Below, in pieces: positions 40,863 through 50,739 of a stretch of 64,000 nt of DNA. The stretch lies in the NCBI GenBank assembly GCA_030433335.1, contig JAUILL010000019.1:708-64707 (forward strand). Direction: 5' to 3'. The position numbers and the translations under genes were made by a program. Position 1 is the first letter of the stretch. Each line of letters begins with the position of its first letter. The notes under the pieces were generated by a model. That model worked only from the letters and a program-made list of their open reading frames with translations. It did no database searches and had not been told where the DNA came from. This stretch comes from Alphaproteobacteria bacterium. GTDB taxonomy: Bacteria; Pseudomonadota; Alphaproteobacteria; Rhodobacterales; Rhodobacteraceae.

Positions 40863-41810
40863 TTACTCCGACAGGACGAACGGTGCCGAGTAGTTGGCTG
40901 CGTTGTCTGCGGTGATGATCAGGCAGTCGAACAGCTGCTTTTCTTCTGCAACCTTCAGTTCGCCGGTGCTGATAAAGTGGTCTGCCTGACGCACCGCTTC
41001 TTCCGAGAAGATCGCGACGGGCTGCAGAACGGTGTAGGCCATTTCGCCTGCTTTCACCGCTTCGACCGCATCGGGCGAGCCATCAAAGCCACCGACGGTC
41101 ACGCCGTCCAGCTTGCCTGCTTCTTTCAGGGCCGCGATCGCACCCAGCGCCATCTCGTCGTTGCCCGAGATTACAGCGTTGATGTCCGAGTTCGCCTGCA
41201 GCATCGACTGCATCTTGTTGTAGCCTTTGGTGCGGTCCCAGTCGGCCACTTCCATCGCCGCTTTTTCCAGATCGGGGTACTGGGTCAGAACGGTTTCGTA
41301 GCCGTTCGAGCGAGTCTGCGCGTTGTTATCCGAAGGCGCGCCAAAGAGTTCGACGTACTTGCCAGCGTCGCCGACAACCTCAACCCACTGCATCGCACCC
41401 AGAGCTGCGCCCTGCGCGTTGTTCGATACCAGCTGTGCCTTGGCCAGACCCGACTGGTTGATCTCTGCGTTTACGAGGAACACGGGGATGCCCGCATCAA
41501 CAGCCTTCTTCACCGCGCCGATCGAGCCATCCGCGTTCGCGGGGTCAAGGATGATCGCCTTGGCCTGGTTGGTGATCGCGGTGTCGATCAGGGTGCTTTC
41601 GGTGTTTGTGTCGCCTTTGTGCGCGCCAACGGTGGTGGTGTAACCCAGCTCTTCTGCGGTCGCTTTGGCAACTGCGCCTTCGGTGAACCAGTAGGGGTTC
41701 GAGGGGTCATTAACGATGATGGTCATCAGGCCTTCGGCCCAGGCGCCCGACGCCATCAGGGGTGCGGCTGCGACGGCTGCGAGCAGGATCTGCTTACCTT
41801 TGGTGAACAT
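40863..41810 (-). CDS. CUT2 sugar/polyol ABC substrate-binding protein (erythritol, EryG-like)
   Basis: Signal peptide, PSNPYW, NDEMALGA, GFDGSPDA (RbsB fold); adjacent to eryABC. Confidence 0.85.
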   Translation of the reverse strand: MFTKGKQILLAAVAAAPLMASGAWAEGLMTIIVNDPSNPYWFTEGAVAKATAEELGYTTTVGAHKGDTNTESTLIDTAITNQAKAIILDPANADGSIGAVKKAVDAGIPVFLVNAEINQSGLAKAQLVSNNAQGAALGAMQWVEVVGDAGKYVELFGAPSDNNAQTRSNGYETVLTQYPDLEKAAMEVADWDRTKGYNKMQSMLQANSDINAVISGNDEMALGAIAALKEAGKLDGVTVGGFDGSPDAVEAVKAGEMAYTVLQPVAIFSEEAVRQADHFISTGELKVAEEKQLFDCLIITADNAANYSAPFVLSE

Positions 41811-41917
41811 GGTGGTCTCTCCCTTTGGATTTGGTGATACGTGGAAACTGTGCCGGTGGGCCGGCGGTACTCTCGCAGGGGCGGCTCCTCCTTTGGCCGG
41901 TTGTCCCTGCGAAGAAT

Positions 41918-42970
41918 TCAGGATTTCTTGGGCTTGGCTTTGTACTGGATGCTGTTCAGAAGCACGGCCAGAACGATCACGGCGCCGGTGAAAACGGTCT
42001 GCCAGTAAGCACTTACACCGATGATAACGAGGCCGTCAGACAGGAAGCCGATAACAAAGGCACCCAACATGGTACCGCGAATTGTGCCGCGACCACCCGT
42101 CAGGGCTGCGCCGCCAATCACAACGGCTGCGATCGCTGTCAATTCGTAGGTGGTGCCTGCGGTGGGGCCAGCCGAGGTCAGTTGCGAAGAAAGTACCAGA
42201 CCTGCAATCGCTGCACAGACACCGGACATCATATAGACGGCGATCTGCACACGCTTGACCGGGACGCCGGACAGTTCAGCGGCGCGGGCGTTGCCACCAG
42301 ACGCATAGAGCCAGCGGCCAAAGGACGAGCGCGAGAGCATCAGGCCAACCGAGATTGCCAAGACAGCCAGAATGATCACACCGATCGGCACATTGGCGAT
42401 GCGGTTGAAACCCAGCCAGTCAAAGCCGGTGTTGCCGAGTTCGGGCTTGCCCGCGAGGTTGTTGAAGGTCAGGCCGTTGGTCATCAGCAGCGCCACGCCG
42501 CGGGCCACGTACATCACGCCAAGGGTTGCAACAAAGGCAGGCACCTTGAAGTAGGCGATCAGCACGCCGTTGATCGCGCCGACAAACGCCCCCAGGACCA
42601 GTGTCAGCAGAACAACTGCCCAGACAGGCGGATACAGGATGACGCCAGCAGCTTCGACCGTGACGCCTTGCATCAGCCAGCCCGCGACGACGCCGCACAG
42701 GCCAAGGGTCGAGCCGACCGACAGGTCAATCCCGCCGTTCAGGATCACCAGCAGCATCCCGATGGCCAGAAAGCCAAAGATCGCCACGTGGCTGGACATC
42801 GTCAGAAAGTTGCTGACCGAGAAATAGAACGGCGACAGCATCGAGAAGATCACGATAATCGCGATCAGGGCAAAAAACGCGCGGCCTTCTAGAAGCAGGC
42901 GGCCAAGGTCAAAGCCTTCGCAGAACAGACCCGAGCGCGAGGATTTCGAAGAGGAACTGAGTGCAGACAT
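41918..42970 (-). CDS. CUT2 ABC permease (EryF-like)
   Basis: GGIDLSVGS, PAFVATLG, GGNARAAELSGV, YELTAIAAVVIGG. Confidence 0.9.
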   Translation of the reverse strand: MSALSSSSKSSRSGLFCEGFDLGRLLLEGRAFFALIAIIVIFSMLSPFYFSVSNFLTMSSHVAIFGFLAIGMLLVILNGGIDLSVGSTLGLCGVVAGWLMQGVTVEAAGVILYPPVWAVVLLTLVLGAFVGAINGVLIAYFKVPAFVATLGVMYVARGVALLMTNGLTFNNLAGKPELGNTGFDWLGFNRIANVPIGVIILAVLAISVGLMLSRSSFGRWLYASGGNARAAELSGVPVKRVQIAVYMMSGVCAAIAGLVLSSQLTSAGPTAGTTYELTAIAAVVIGGAALTGGRGTIRGTMLGAFVIGFLSDGLVIIGVSAYWQTVFTGAVIVLAVLLNSIQYKAKPKKS

Positions 42971-42991
42971 GATCTGGGGACTCCGTATTGG

Positions 42992-44533
42992 TTAAGCGGC
43001 CACGGACTCGCCAGAGGCGGCCATGATCTGTTCTTTGGTGGCGTCGGGACCGAATTCGGCGCTGATATGGCCCTTGTGCATCACGATGATGCGGTGGGCG
43101 ATGGACAGGCATTCGCTGACTTCGGAGGTCGAATAGAGCACGGCGAGCCCGTCGCGGGCACGCTCGGCAAGCAGGCGGAACACCTCGGCCTTGGCGCCGA
43201 TGTCGATGCCGCGGCTAGGTTCGTCCAGCATGATGACTGTGGGATGAGTGGCCAGCATCTTGCCGATCACGACCTTCTGCTGGTTCCCGCCCGACAGCGA
43301 ACCAATCGCCGCGTCGCCACCATCGGTTTTGACGGTCACGTCGCGGATCGAGTCTTCGATCAGCTGGTTCTCATCCTTGCGCGACGTGAAAATTCCGCGC
43401 GTGAATTTGCGGATGCTCGCCAGAGACAGGTTCTGCCCCACGCTCATCGTCTGCACCAACCCGTCGCGCTGGCGATCCTCGGGAACTAGACACAGTCCCG
43501 ATTCAATGCGTTGCGCGATGGTCAGGTGGCTGACCTCGTGCCCATGCAGCCGCACTTCGCCGCCGGCTTTGCTCAGGCGACCCGCGACGGTTTCCATCAG
43601 TTCGGTCCGTCCGGCGCCCATGAGGCCGTAGATGCAAACGATCTCGCCCGCTTTGATGTCCAGCGACAGGTTGTCGACGACAGCAAAGCCTGCGCCAGCC
43701 TCGTCCATCACGGTCAGGTTCTGGATCGACAGGGCAGGGGCGCCGAAATCATAGCCCTCGGGCGGGGAGCCCAGATCGAAATTCTCGCCGACCATGTTGC
43801 GGACGATCCATTCCAGATCGATCTCGGCACGGGGGGCATAGGCGGTCATGTTGCCATCGCGCAGAACCACGGCGTGGTCGGTGATGGTCAGCGCCTCTTC
43901 GAGGTGGTGCGAGATGTAGACGATCGACACGCCGCGGCTGGTCAGGTCACGGATAACCTTGAACAGCACTTCCACTTCGGTTGCGGACAGGGCCGAGGTC
44001 GGCTCGTCCATGATCAGGATGCGCGATTTGACGGACAGAGCGCGGGCGATTTCGACGATCTGCTGCTGGCCCAGACGCAATTCCTCGACCGGGGTCAGGG
44101 GATCAATGTCTTCTTCCAGCTCTTCCATCAGCAGACGGGTCAGCCGCTCTTCTTCGGCATAGTCAACGCCGGTGGGGGTGCGGATTTCGCGCCCCAAAAA
44201 GATGTTGTCCCGTACGGTCATGTTCGGCGCGAGGCTCAGTTCTTGGTGAATGATCGAAATCCCCAAGGACTGCGCGTGGCTGGACGACGTGAAGCTGACG
44301 GGCTGGCCGTCCAGCATAATCTTGCCCGTGGTGGGCTGGATCACACCCGAAAGCACCTTCATCAGCGTGGACTTGCCGGCGCCGTTCTCGCCGAACAGGG
44401 TCGTGACCTGTCCGCGGTGAATGTCAAAGTTCACGCCCTTCAGCGCGTGGACGCTGCCATAGGATTTGGCCACGTTCCGCGCCGCGAGGACGACCTCTTG
44501 GGTGTCCGGATTTGCCTGAGGGATATCGTTCAT
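42992..44533 (-). CDS. CUT2 ABC ATPase (EryE-like)
   Basis: GENGAGKSTL, IMDEPTSAL, PEDRQRDG, LSGGNQQKV. Confidence 0.93.
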   Translation of the reverse strand: MNDIPQANPDTQEVVLAARNVAKSYGSVHALKGVNFDIHRGQVTTLFGENGAGKSTLMKVLSGVIQPTTGKIMLDGQPVSFTSSSHAQSLGISIIHQELSLAPNMTVRDNIFLGREIRTPTGVDYAEEERLTRLLMEELEEDIDPLTPVEELRLGQQQIVEIARALSVKSRILIMDEPTSALSATEVEVLFKVIRDLTSRGVSIVYISHHLEEALTITDHAVVLRDGNMTAYAPRAEIDLEWIVRNMVGENFDLGSPPEGYDFGAPALSIQNLTVMDEAGAGFAVVDNLSLDIKAGEIVCIYGLMGAGRTELMETVAGRLSKAGGEVRLHGHEVSHLTIAQRIESGLCLVPEDRQRDGLVQTMSVGQNLSLASIRKFTRGIFTSRKDENQLIEDSIRDVTVKTDGGDAAIGSLSGGNQQKVVIGKMLATHPTVIMLDEPSRGIDIGAKAEVFRLLAERARDGLAVLYSTSEVSECLSIAHRIIVMHKGHISAEFGPDATKEQIMAASGESVAA

Positions 44534-45183
44534 TGGACCGACAGCTCCACCGGCGTGACCAGCCAGTTCTTGGCGCTGAGCATGGTGAACACGCCTGTGA
44601 CCTCGATGGTTTTGCCGGTCAGGTTTTCGCGGTCCAGGTCGGCGAGAACCTCTGCCTTCATGGCATTGTTAATGCCTGCGCCTGCGTTCTGGTATTCGAT
44701 CTGGTTGGTAAAGTCGCCGAACGAAATCGTGCCTGTCGCATCACGTAGATCGGTGCCGTTGACCGCAGGGCCGGTTTGCACGCGAACCTTGGCGTCCTCC
44801 ATCCCATCGATCGCGACATAAAAGGTGCCGGACTTGCCTTCGCCCACAACGCCGCTGAACGTGACGGGCATGACAGGTGCGATACCGGCCATAACGCCGT
44901 ACTTCTCGCCGGCAGCTTTCTTGTCCGCAGTAGCCTCGTCGAACAGGGTTTTCGCGTCGACGGCCTTGTCCTTCACAAAGGCGCGGATTTCAGGAAACTT
45001 CTCTGCCCCAAAACGCTCGGGCGAGAAGCCTTGCTGCCGCACATCCTGATCGGAGCCGATCCGCACAACGGTGGTATCCAGCGCCATCGCGCCAATCAGG
45101 GCCACACACACCGCCCCAAAGATCATCGCGGGACGTCTGTTTTTCTGGGCAATCTGATGCTGGGTCTCGGACTGGTAACTCAT
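44530..45183 (-). CDS. DUF2291-family membrane-anchored periplasmic protein
   Basis: N-terminal TM, RVQTGPAVNGTDLRDATG.I.FGDFTNQIEYQNAG, NWLVTPV; ATG 45183 after AGGAAAGG. Confidence 0.85.
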   Translation of the reverse strand: MSYQSETQHQIAQKNRRPAMIFGAVCVALIGAMALDTTVVRIGSDQDVRQQGFSPERFGAEKFPEIRAFVKDKAVDAKTLFDEATADKKAAGEKYGVMAGIAPVMPVTFSGVVGEGKSGTFYVAIDGMEDAKVRVQTGPAVNGTDLRDATGTISFGDFTNQIEYQNAGAGINNAMKAEVLADLDRENLTGKTIEVTGVFTMLSAKNWLVTPVELSVQ

Positions 45184-45620
45184 ATCGGTCTGACCTTTCC
45201 TGTGACTGAAAGACGACGTGCGGTGACGGGGAACATGAAAAGAGTCATGACTGCTGGGTGCAGATCGACAGGGACGCATCCCTGATGGAACGGGCATTCT
45301 GGCGCATTCTTTTTCCTCCCTCTGCCGATTGGTCCGCACCCTCCACTGTGCATCTGGACCATCCGGGTCACCGACCGTGGTCGATGATATAAATAAGTTA
45401 TAAACCACAAAATATGCGGTATCACTCTCACGCTCAAAACTCGGAGGTCAAGTCTGACCGGAAGTCTGTGACCCACTCCAAAGGGTATCAGTCTTTCGGT
45501 TCTCGTCAGATTCGCGACCGGATTCCCGCGTCAGCTTCACTTTTGAGCCCTTAAAATAAGGGAATATGTGACCTCTCCCGCTTTGTGGAGAGTGGGGCGC
45601 TGTGTCCCCTGTGTCGATGA

Positions 45621-45667
45621 CTGTACATGAAATTTTTTACGACGAAAGAAAAAAATTACATGTACAG
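45621..45667. promoter_or_regulatory. Long inverted repeat, candidate EryD operator
   Basis: CTGTACATGAAATTTTTT-N11-AAAAAATTACATGTACAG: 18-bp arms with one mismatch, between the divergent ery operons. Confidence 0.7.
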
Positions 45668-45826
45668 CCGCGAATGCTTGCGTTATGTCTGTGATATGAA
45701 GAGCGCGCCCTAGTGGCGCATGTGGACTTTGAGCGTTGCGGGCGGGACCGTAGATCAGGGGAGTGATCATCCGCTCGATGCGCCAAGGGAGGACGTTATG
45801 AACAGGTACGACACGAGGGTGCTCCG

Positions 45827-47461
45827 ATGACCGATATCATTATCGGCATCGACGCAGGCACTTCGGTGATCAAGGCGGTTGCCTTTGATCTGCGTGGCCG
45901 CCAGTTGGGGACAAGTTCTGTCCTGAACCACTATCTGAGTGGGGCTGACGGGTCTGCGTGCCAATCATTGGACCAGACATGGACTGACTGCGCAACAGCA
46001 TTGCGCGGGCTCGGCGACAAGATTCCGGATTTGGCCGCGCGGACTGCGGCTGTGGCTGTCACGGCTCAAGGCGACGGCACTTGGTTGGTCGGAGCAGGCA
46101 ATCGTCCCGTCTCGAATGCGTGGCTCTGGCTGGATGCCCGCGCTGCACCTACGGTCGAGGATCTGGCGGCAGGCGATCTGAACCGCGCGCGGTTCGAAGC
46201 GACCGGCACGGGCCTGAATACGTGTCAGCAAGGCACGCAGATGGCCCATATGGACCGCTACGCGCCGCATCTTCTGGACGGCGCCAAGGTCGCGCTGCAC
46301 TGCAAGGATTGGCTTTATCTTTGCTTGACGGGCGAACGGGTGACCGACCCATCCGAAGCCAGCTTTACCTTTGGCAACTTCCGGACCCGCGAGTACGACG
46401 ACTTGGTGATCGAGGCTTTGGGGCTGACCCATCGCCGCCATCTTCTGCCGCAGATCATTGATGGCACCCAAGTGACCCACCCTTTGTCCGCCGAAGCGGC
46501 TGCGCAAACCGGCCTGCTGGCCGGAACCCCTGTGTCGCTCGGCTATGTGGATATGGTGATGACGGCCCTTGGGGCAGGGGTTCATACCGGCACGGCTGGC
46601 GCGGCGTGTTCGACCATCGGCTCGACCGGGGTGCACATGCAGGCGAAACGGTCGGGCGATGTCCACCTGAACGCCGAAGGCACTGGCTATGTGATCGCGC
46701 TGCCCGTGCCGGATGTCGTCACGCAGGTGCAGACCAATATGGCGGCGACTCTGAACATCGACTGGGCCTTGCGTCTGGCCGCGGATCTGATGAGCGACAC
46801 GGGGAAACCCGTGGACTACTCTGAGCTGGTAGGGCGGATCGAAGGCTGGGTCAGTCGCGCCAAACCTGGCGCGATCATGTACCACCCATATATCTCCGAA
46901 GCAGGCGAGCGCGGGCCATTCGTGAACGCCAACGCCCGCGCAGGTTTCACCGGCCTTGCAGCGCATCACCGGTTCCCCGATATGCTGCGGGCCGTGATCG
47001 AGGGGCTCGGGATGGCGGCGCGCGACTGCTACGCCGCGATGGATGCTGATCCGACGGAACTGCGGATCACCGGCGGAGCGGCGCGTTCGCAGGCTCTGCG
47101 CCAAATTCTGGCCTCTAGCATCAAAGCCCCTGTACGCGTGTCTCAACGTGAAGAGGCGGGGGCAGCCGGCTGTGCCATGATGGCGGCAGTTGCTATTGGC
47201 GCCTATGACACGATGGATGATTGCATCGAGGAATGGGTGACACCGCTGCTCGGGCAGGCCGAGCAGCCCGACCCTGAACTGGCCCGAATTTATGATCAGG
47301 TCTTCCCCGCCTATGTCTCTGCCCGTCAGAGCCTGCGGCCCGTATGGGACACCCTACAAGGCGACCCCCGTGCGCCTTGGGTGAACGCGACCGATCCCAA
47401 AAATGAACACACTGAAATGACTTTGGACGCGACACTCGTGTCCGAAAGGAGCGAGCCATGA
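45827..47461 (+). CDS. eryA: Erythritol kinase (FGGY family)
   Basis: IGIDAGTSVIK, TAQGDG, WLDARA, HCKDWLY, PYISEAGERGPF; eryBC context. Confidence 0.9.
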   Translation: MTDIIIGIDAGTSVIKAVAFDLRGRQLGTSSVLNHYLSGADGSACQSLDQTWTDCATALRGLGDKIPDLAARTAAVAVTAQGDGTWLVGAGNRPVSNAWLWLDARAAPTVEDLAAGDLNRARFEATGTGLNTCQQGTQMAHMDRYAPHLLDGAKVALHCKDWLYLCLTGERVTDPSEASFTFGNFRTREYDDLVIEALGLTHRRHLLPQIIDGTQVTHPLSAEAAAQTGLLAGTPVSLGYVDMVMTALGAGVHTGTAGAACSTIGSTGVHMQAKRSGDVHLNAEGTGYVIALPVPDVVTQVQTNMAATLNIDWALRLAADLMSDTGKPVDYSELVGRIEGWVSRAKPGAIMYHPYISEAGERGPFVNANARAGFTGLAAHHRFPDMLRAVIEGLGMAARDCYAAMDADPTELRITGGAARSQALRQILASSIKAPVRVSQREEAGAAGCAMMAAVAIGAYDTMDDCIEEWVTPLLGQAEQPDPELARIYDQVFPAYVSARQSLRPVWDTLQGDPRAPWVNATDPKNEHTEMTLDATLVSERSEP

Positions 47462-48966
47462 CTGATAAAATGGTCGATCTGTTTGTAATCGGCGGCGGCA
47501 TTAACGGCGCTGGCGTGGCGCGGGATGCGGCCGGTCGCGGCCTGTCCGTGGTGCTGTGCGAAAAGGATGACTTGGCTCAAGGCACCTCGTCTCGCTCGGG
47601 CAAGCTGGTCCACGGCGGGTTGCGCTATCTGGAATATTACGAGTTCCGCTTGGTCCGCGAGGCGCTGATCGAGCGCGAGGTTCTAATGAACGCTGCGCCC
47701 CATATCATCTGGCCGATGCGCTTTGTCCTGCCCCATTCGCCCGATGACCGGCCCGCGTGGCTCGTGCGTCTGGGCCTGTTCCTCTATGACCACCTCGGGG
47801 GCCGCAAGAAACTGCCCGGCACTCGCACCCTGAACCTGCGCCGCGACCCCGAGGGCGCGCCGATCATGGATCAGTACACCCGTGGCTTCGAATATTCGGA
47901 CTGCTGGGTCGATGATGCGCGTCTGGTTGTGCTGAACGCCGTGGACGCCGCCGAACGGGGCGCGACGGTTCTGACCCGCACCGCGTGTACCAGCGCCCGC
48001 CGCGAGGATGGCGGGTGGACCGTGACCACCAAGAATTCGATGACCGGTGAGGAACGCACTTTCCGCGCGAAATGCATCGTGAACGCCGCTGGCCCGTGGG
48101 TCACGCAGGTGATCAACAACGTGGCCGGTTCGAACTCCAGCCGGAACGTCCGGTTGGTCAAGGGTAGCCACATTATCGTCCCCAAATTCTGGGAGGGGCA
48201 GCAGGCCTACTTGGTGCAGAACCACGATAAGCGCGTGATTTTCATCAACCCCTACGAAGGCGACAAGGCCCTGATCGGCACCACCGACATCCAGTACGAA
48301 GGCCGCGCCGAAGAAGTGACCGCCGACGAGTCCGAGATCGACTACCTGATCAAGGCCGTGAACCGCTACTTCAAGGAAAAACTCCGCCGCGAGGATGTGG
48401 TGCGCAGCTTCTCGGGCGTGCGTCCGCTGTTTGACGACGGGCAGGGCAACCCTAGCGCCGTGACCCGCGACTATGTATTCGACATCGACGACCAGAATGG
48501 TGTGCCGATGCTGAACATCTTTGGCGGCAAGATCACCACCTTCCGCGAGTTGGCCGAGCGGGGGCTGCACAAGATCGCCGACTACTTCCCGCAAATGAAG
48601 GGCGACTGGACCGAACACGCGCCCTTGCCCGGTGGGGACATGCCGAACGCGGACTACGAAGCCTTTCGCGAGAAGATGAAGGCTGACTACCCATGGATGC
48701 CTCGCGCCCTGCGCAAGCATTACGGCCGCCTCTATGGCACTCGCATCGCGCAGATCGCCGGCGATGCGACGGCTCTGGACGGATTGGGTCAGCACTTCGG
48801 CGGCAACCTTTATGAGGCCGAAGTCGCCTATCTGGTGCAGAACGAATGGGCCCAAACCGCCGAAGATATCCTGTGGCGCCGGACGAAGCACCGCCTGCAC
48901 ATGACCGAGGCCGAACAGACCGCCTTTACCGAGTGGTTCGAAGCAAACGTCGAAAAGGCGGCGTAA
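47458..48966 (+). CDS. eryB: Erythritol-phosphate dehydrogenase (GlpD-like, FAD)
   Basis: IGGGINGAG, GTSSRSGKLVHGGLRYLE, YSDCWVDDARL, GGKITT. Confidence 0.9.
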   Translation: MTDKMVDLFVIGGGINGAGVARDAAGRGLSVVLCEKDDLAQGTSSRSGKLVHGGLRYLEYYEFRLVREALIEREVLMNAAPHIIWPMRFVLPHSPDDRPAWLVRLGLFLYDHLGGRKKLPGTRTLNLRRDPEGAPIMDQYTRGFEYSDCWVDDARLVVLNAVDAAERGATVLTRTACTSARREDGGWTVTTKNSMTGEERTFRAKCIVNAAGPWVTQVINNVAGSNSSRNVRLVKGSHIIVPKFWEGQQAYLVQNHDKRVIFINPYEGDKALIGTTDIQYEGRAEEVTADESEIDYLIKAVNRYFKEKLRREDVVRSFSGVRPLFDDGQGNPSAVTRDYVFDIDDQNGVPMLNIFGGKITTFRELAERGLHKIADYFPQMKGDWTEHAPLPGGDMPNADYEAFREKMKADYPWMPRALRKHYGRLYGTRIAQIAGDATALDGLGQHFGGNLYEAEVAYLVQNEWAQTAEDILWRRTKHRLHMTEAEQTAFTEWFEANVEKAA

Positions 48967-48968
48967 CG

Positions 48969-49901
48969 ATGGCTCTGACACTTTCTCTGAATACCAACCC
49001 TTTGGTGAACCGCTACGCTGACCCAGATGACTTGATCGAGACTGTGGCGCGCGACCTGAAAATCCGTGATCTGCAGCTGACGCATGAGTTCATCAATCCC
49101 AGTTGGCAGGCGAATACCATCCGCCGTCTGACCCGCCAGATGAAGGCCGCGATGGACCGCGCCGGTGTGCGCGTGACCAGCGGGATGACCGGCCCCTATG
49201 GGCGTCTCAATCACTTTGGTCACCCCGACGCGGATGTGCGCCGCTATTACGTGGATTGGTTCAAGACCTTTGCCGATATCATCGGGGACCTCGGTGGCAC
49301 CTCGGTCGGCACCCAGTTCGCTATCTTCACATACCAAGACTTCGATGACGCGCAGCGCCGTGAAGACCTGATCCAGATCGCTATCGATTGCTGGGCCGAA
49401 GTGGCAGAACATGCCAAGGGCGCAGGGCTCGATTATGTCTTCTGGGAGCCGATGAGCGTGGGCCGCGAATTCGGCGAGACCATCTCTGAATGTATGAAGC
49501 TGCAGGACCGTCTGACCGCCGCCGATATGGCGATACCCATGTGGATGATGGCGGACATCGACCATGGCGATGTGACCAGCGACAACCCCGATGACTTCGA
49601 TCCCTATGCTTGGGCGCGGGCGGTGCCAAAGGTTAGCCCGATCATTCACATTAAACAGTCGCTGATGGATAAGGGTGGGCACCGTCCCTTTACCGCCGAG
49701 TTCAACGCCAAAGGCCGCATCCAGCCGGAGCCGCTGCTCAAGGCGTTCGAAGAGGGCGGGGCGAAAGACAACGAAATCTGCCTGGAGCTATCCTTCAAAG
49801 AGCGCGAACCCAACGACCGCGAAGTGATCCCCCAGATCGCCGAGAGTGTCGCATTCTGGGCTCCGCATATCGATACAGGTGTGCAGGATCTGCACATTTA
49901 A
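48969..49901 (+). CDS. eryC: Tetrulose-phosphate epimerase/isomerase EryC (TIM barrel)
   Basis: LSLNTNPLVNRYA, MTGPYGRLNHFGHPD, WEPMSVGREF, DIDHGD, IHIKQ, LELSFKEREP. Confidence 0.9.
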   Translation: MALTLSLNTNPLVNRYADPDDLIETVARDLKIRDLQLTHEFINPSWQANTIRRLTRQMKAAMDRAGVRVTSGMTGPYGRLNHFGHPDADVRRYYVDWFKTFADIIGDLGGTSVGTQFAIFTYQDFDDAQRREDLIQIAIDCWAEVAEHAKGAGLDYVFWEPMSVGREFGETISECMKLQDRLTAADMAIPMWMMADIDHGDVTSDNPDDFDPYAWARAVPKVSPIIHIKQSLMDKGGHRPFTAEFNAKGRIQPEPLLKAFEEGGAKDNEICLELSFKEREPNDREVIPQIAESVAFWAPHIDTGVQDLHI

Positions 49902-49985
49902 CCCCGACGCTACGACGTTTGCCGTATTTGTCGCGAAAAAGTCGCCTGCGGCGCTTGAACTTATCTTTCGGCGCGGGCACATCTG

Positions 49986-50118
<133 letters not shown>

Positions 50119-50191
50119 AGTGGTGCCGCTATGCGCGGGGCCAGTGGCTTCTATCGCCTTGGGACCATTTGATAATACCAAGGATGGTTCC

Positions 50192-50629
50192 ATGACTGAA
50201 AAACTGAATATCGCCTTCATCAAAGCACGTTGGCACTCGGACATCGTCGATCAGGCGCTGGTCGGGTTCAAAGCCGATATGGATGCGTCGGACGTCGATT
50301 ATGACGTGACCGCAATCGACGTGCCCGGTGCGTTTGAAATGCCCCTGCTGGCGAAAAAGCTGGGGGAAAGCGGCAAATACGACGCAATCGTCTGCGCGGC
50401 GCTGGTCGTTGATGGCGGCATCTACCGCCACGATTTCGTCGCCCAAGCCGTTGTGTCGGGCCTGATGGACGCTCAGATGGCGACCGGCGTGCCGACCTAC
50501 TCGGTGTCGCTGACCCCCCACCACTTCCAGCCCAGCCAAGAGCACATGGGCTTCTACTTTGATCACTTCGTCAAGAAGGGTGCAGAGGCCGCGAGCGCGG
50601 TCCGGATGGTCGCGGCAATCGACCTCTGA
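50192..50629 (+). CDS. ribH2: Type II 6,7-dimethyl-8-ribityllumazine synthase
   Basis: AFIKARWHSDIV, VPGAFEMPL, LVVDGGIYRHDFVA, LTPHHF, HFVKKGAEAA (type II signature); downstream of the FMN riboswitch. Confidence 0.93.
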   Translation: MTEKLNIAFIKARWHSDIVDQALVGFKADMDASDVDYDVTAIDVPGAFEMPLLAKKLGESGKYDAIVCAALVVDGGIYRHDFVAQAVVSGLMDAQMATGVPTYSVSLTPHHFQPSQEHMGFYFDHFVKKGAEAASAVRMVAAIDL

Positions 50630-50640
50630 TCCAACATTGA

Positions 50641-50667
50641 AAGGCGGCGCGGGGCGTCGCCTTTTTT
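50641..50667 (+). terminator. Intrinsic terminator after ribH2
   Basis: AAGGCGGCGC-GGG-GCGTCGCCTT followed by TTTT. Confidence 0.7.
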
Positions 50668-50739
50668 CTGTTGGTTGACTTTACCTTTGGTGAATTATTT
50701 TTCAGACTGAATAAGATTTTGCAAAGGCGGACATGCACT

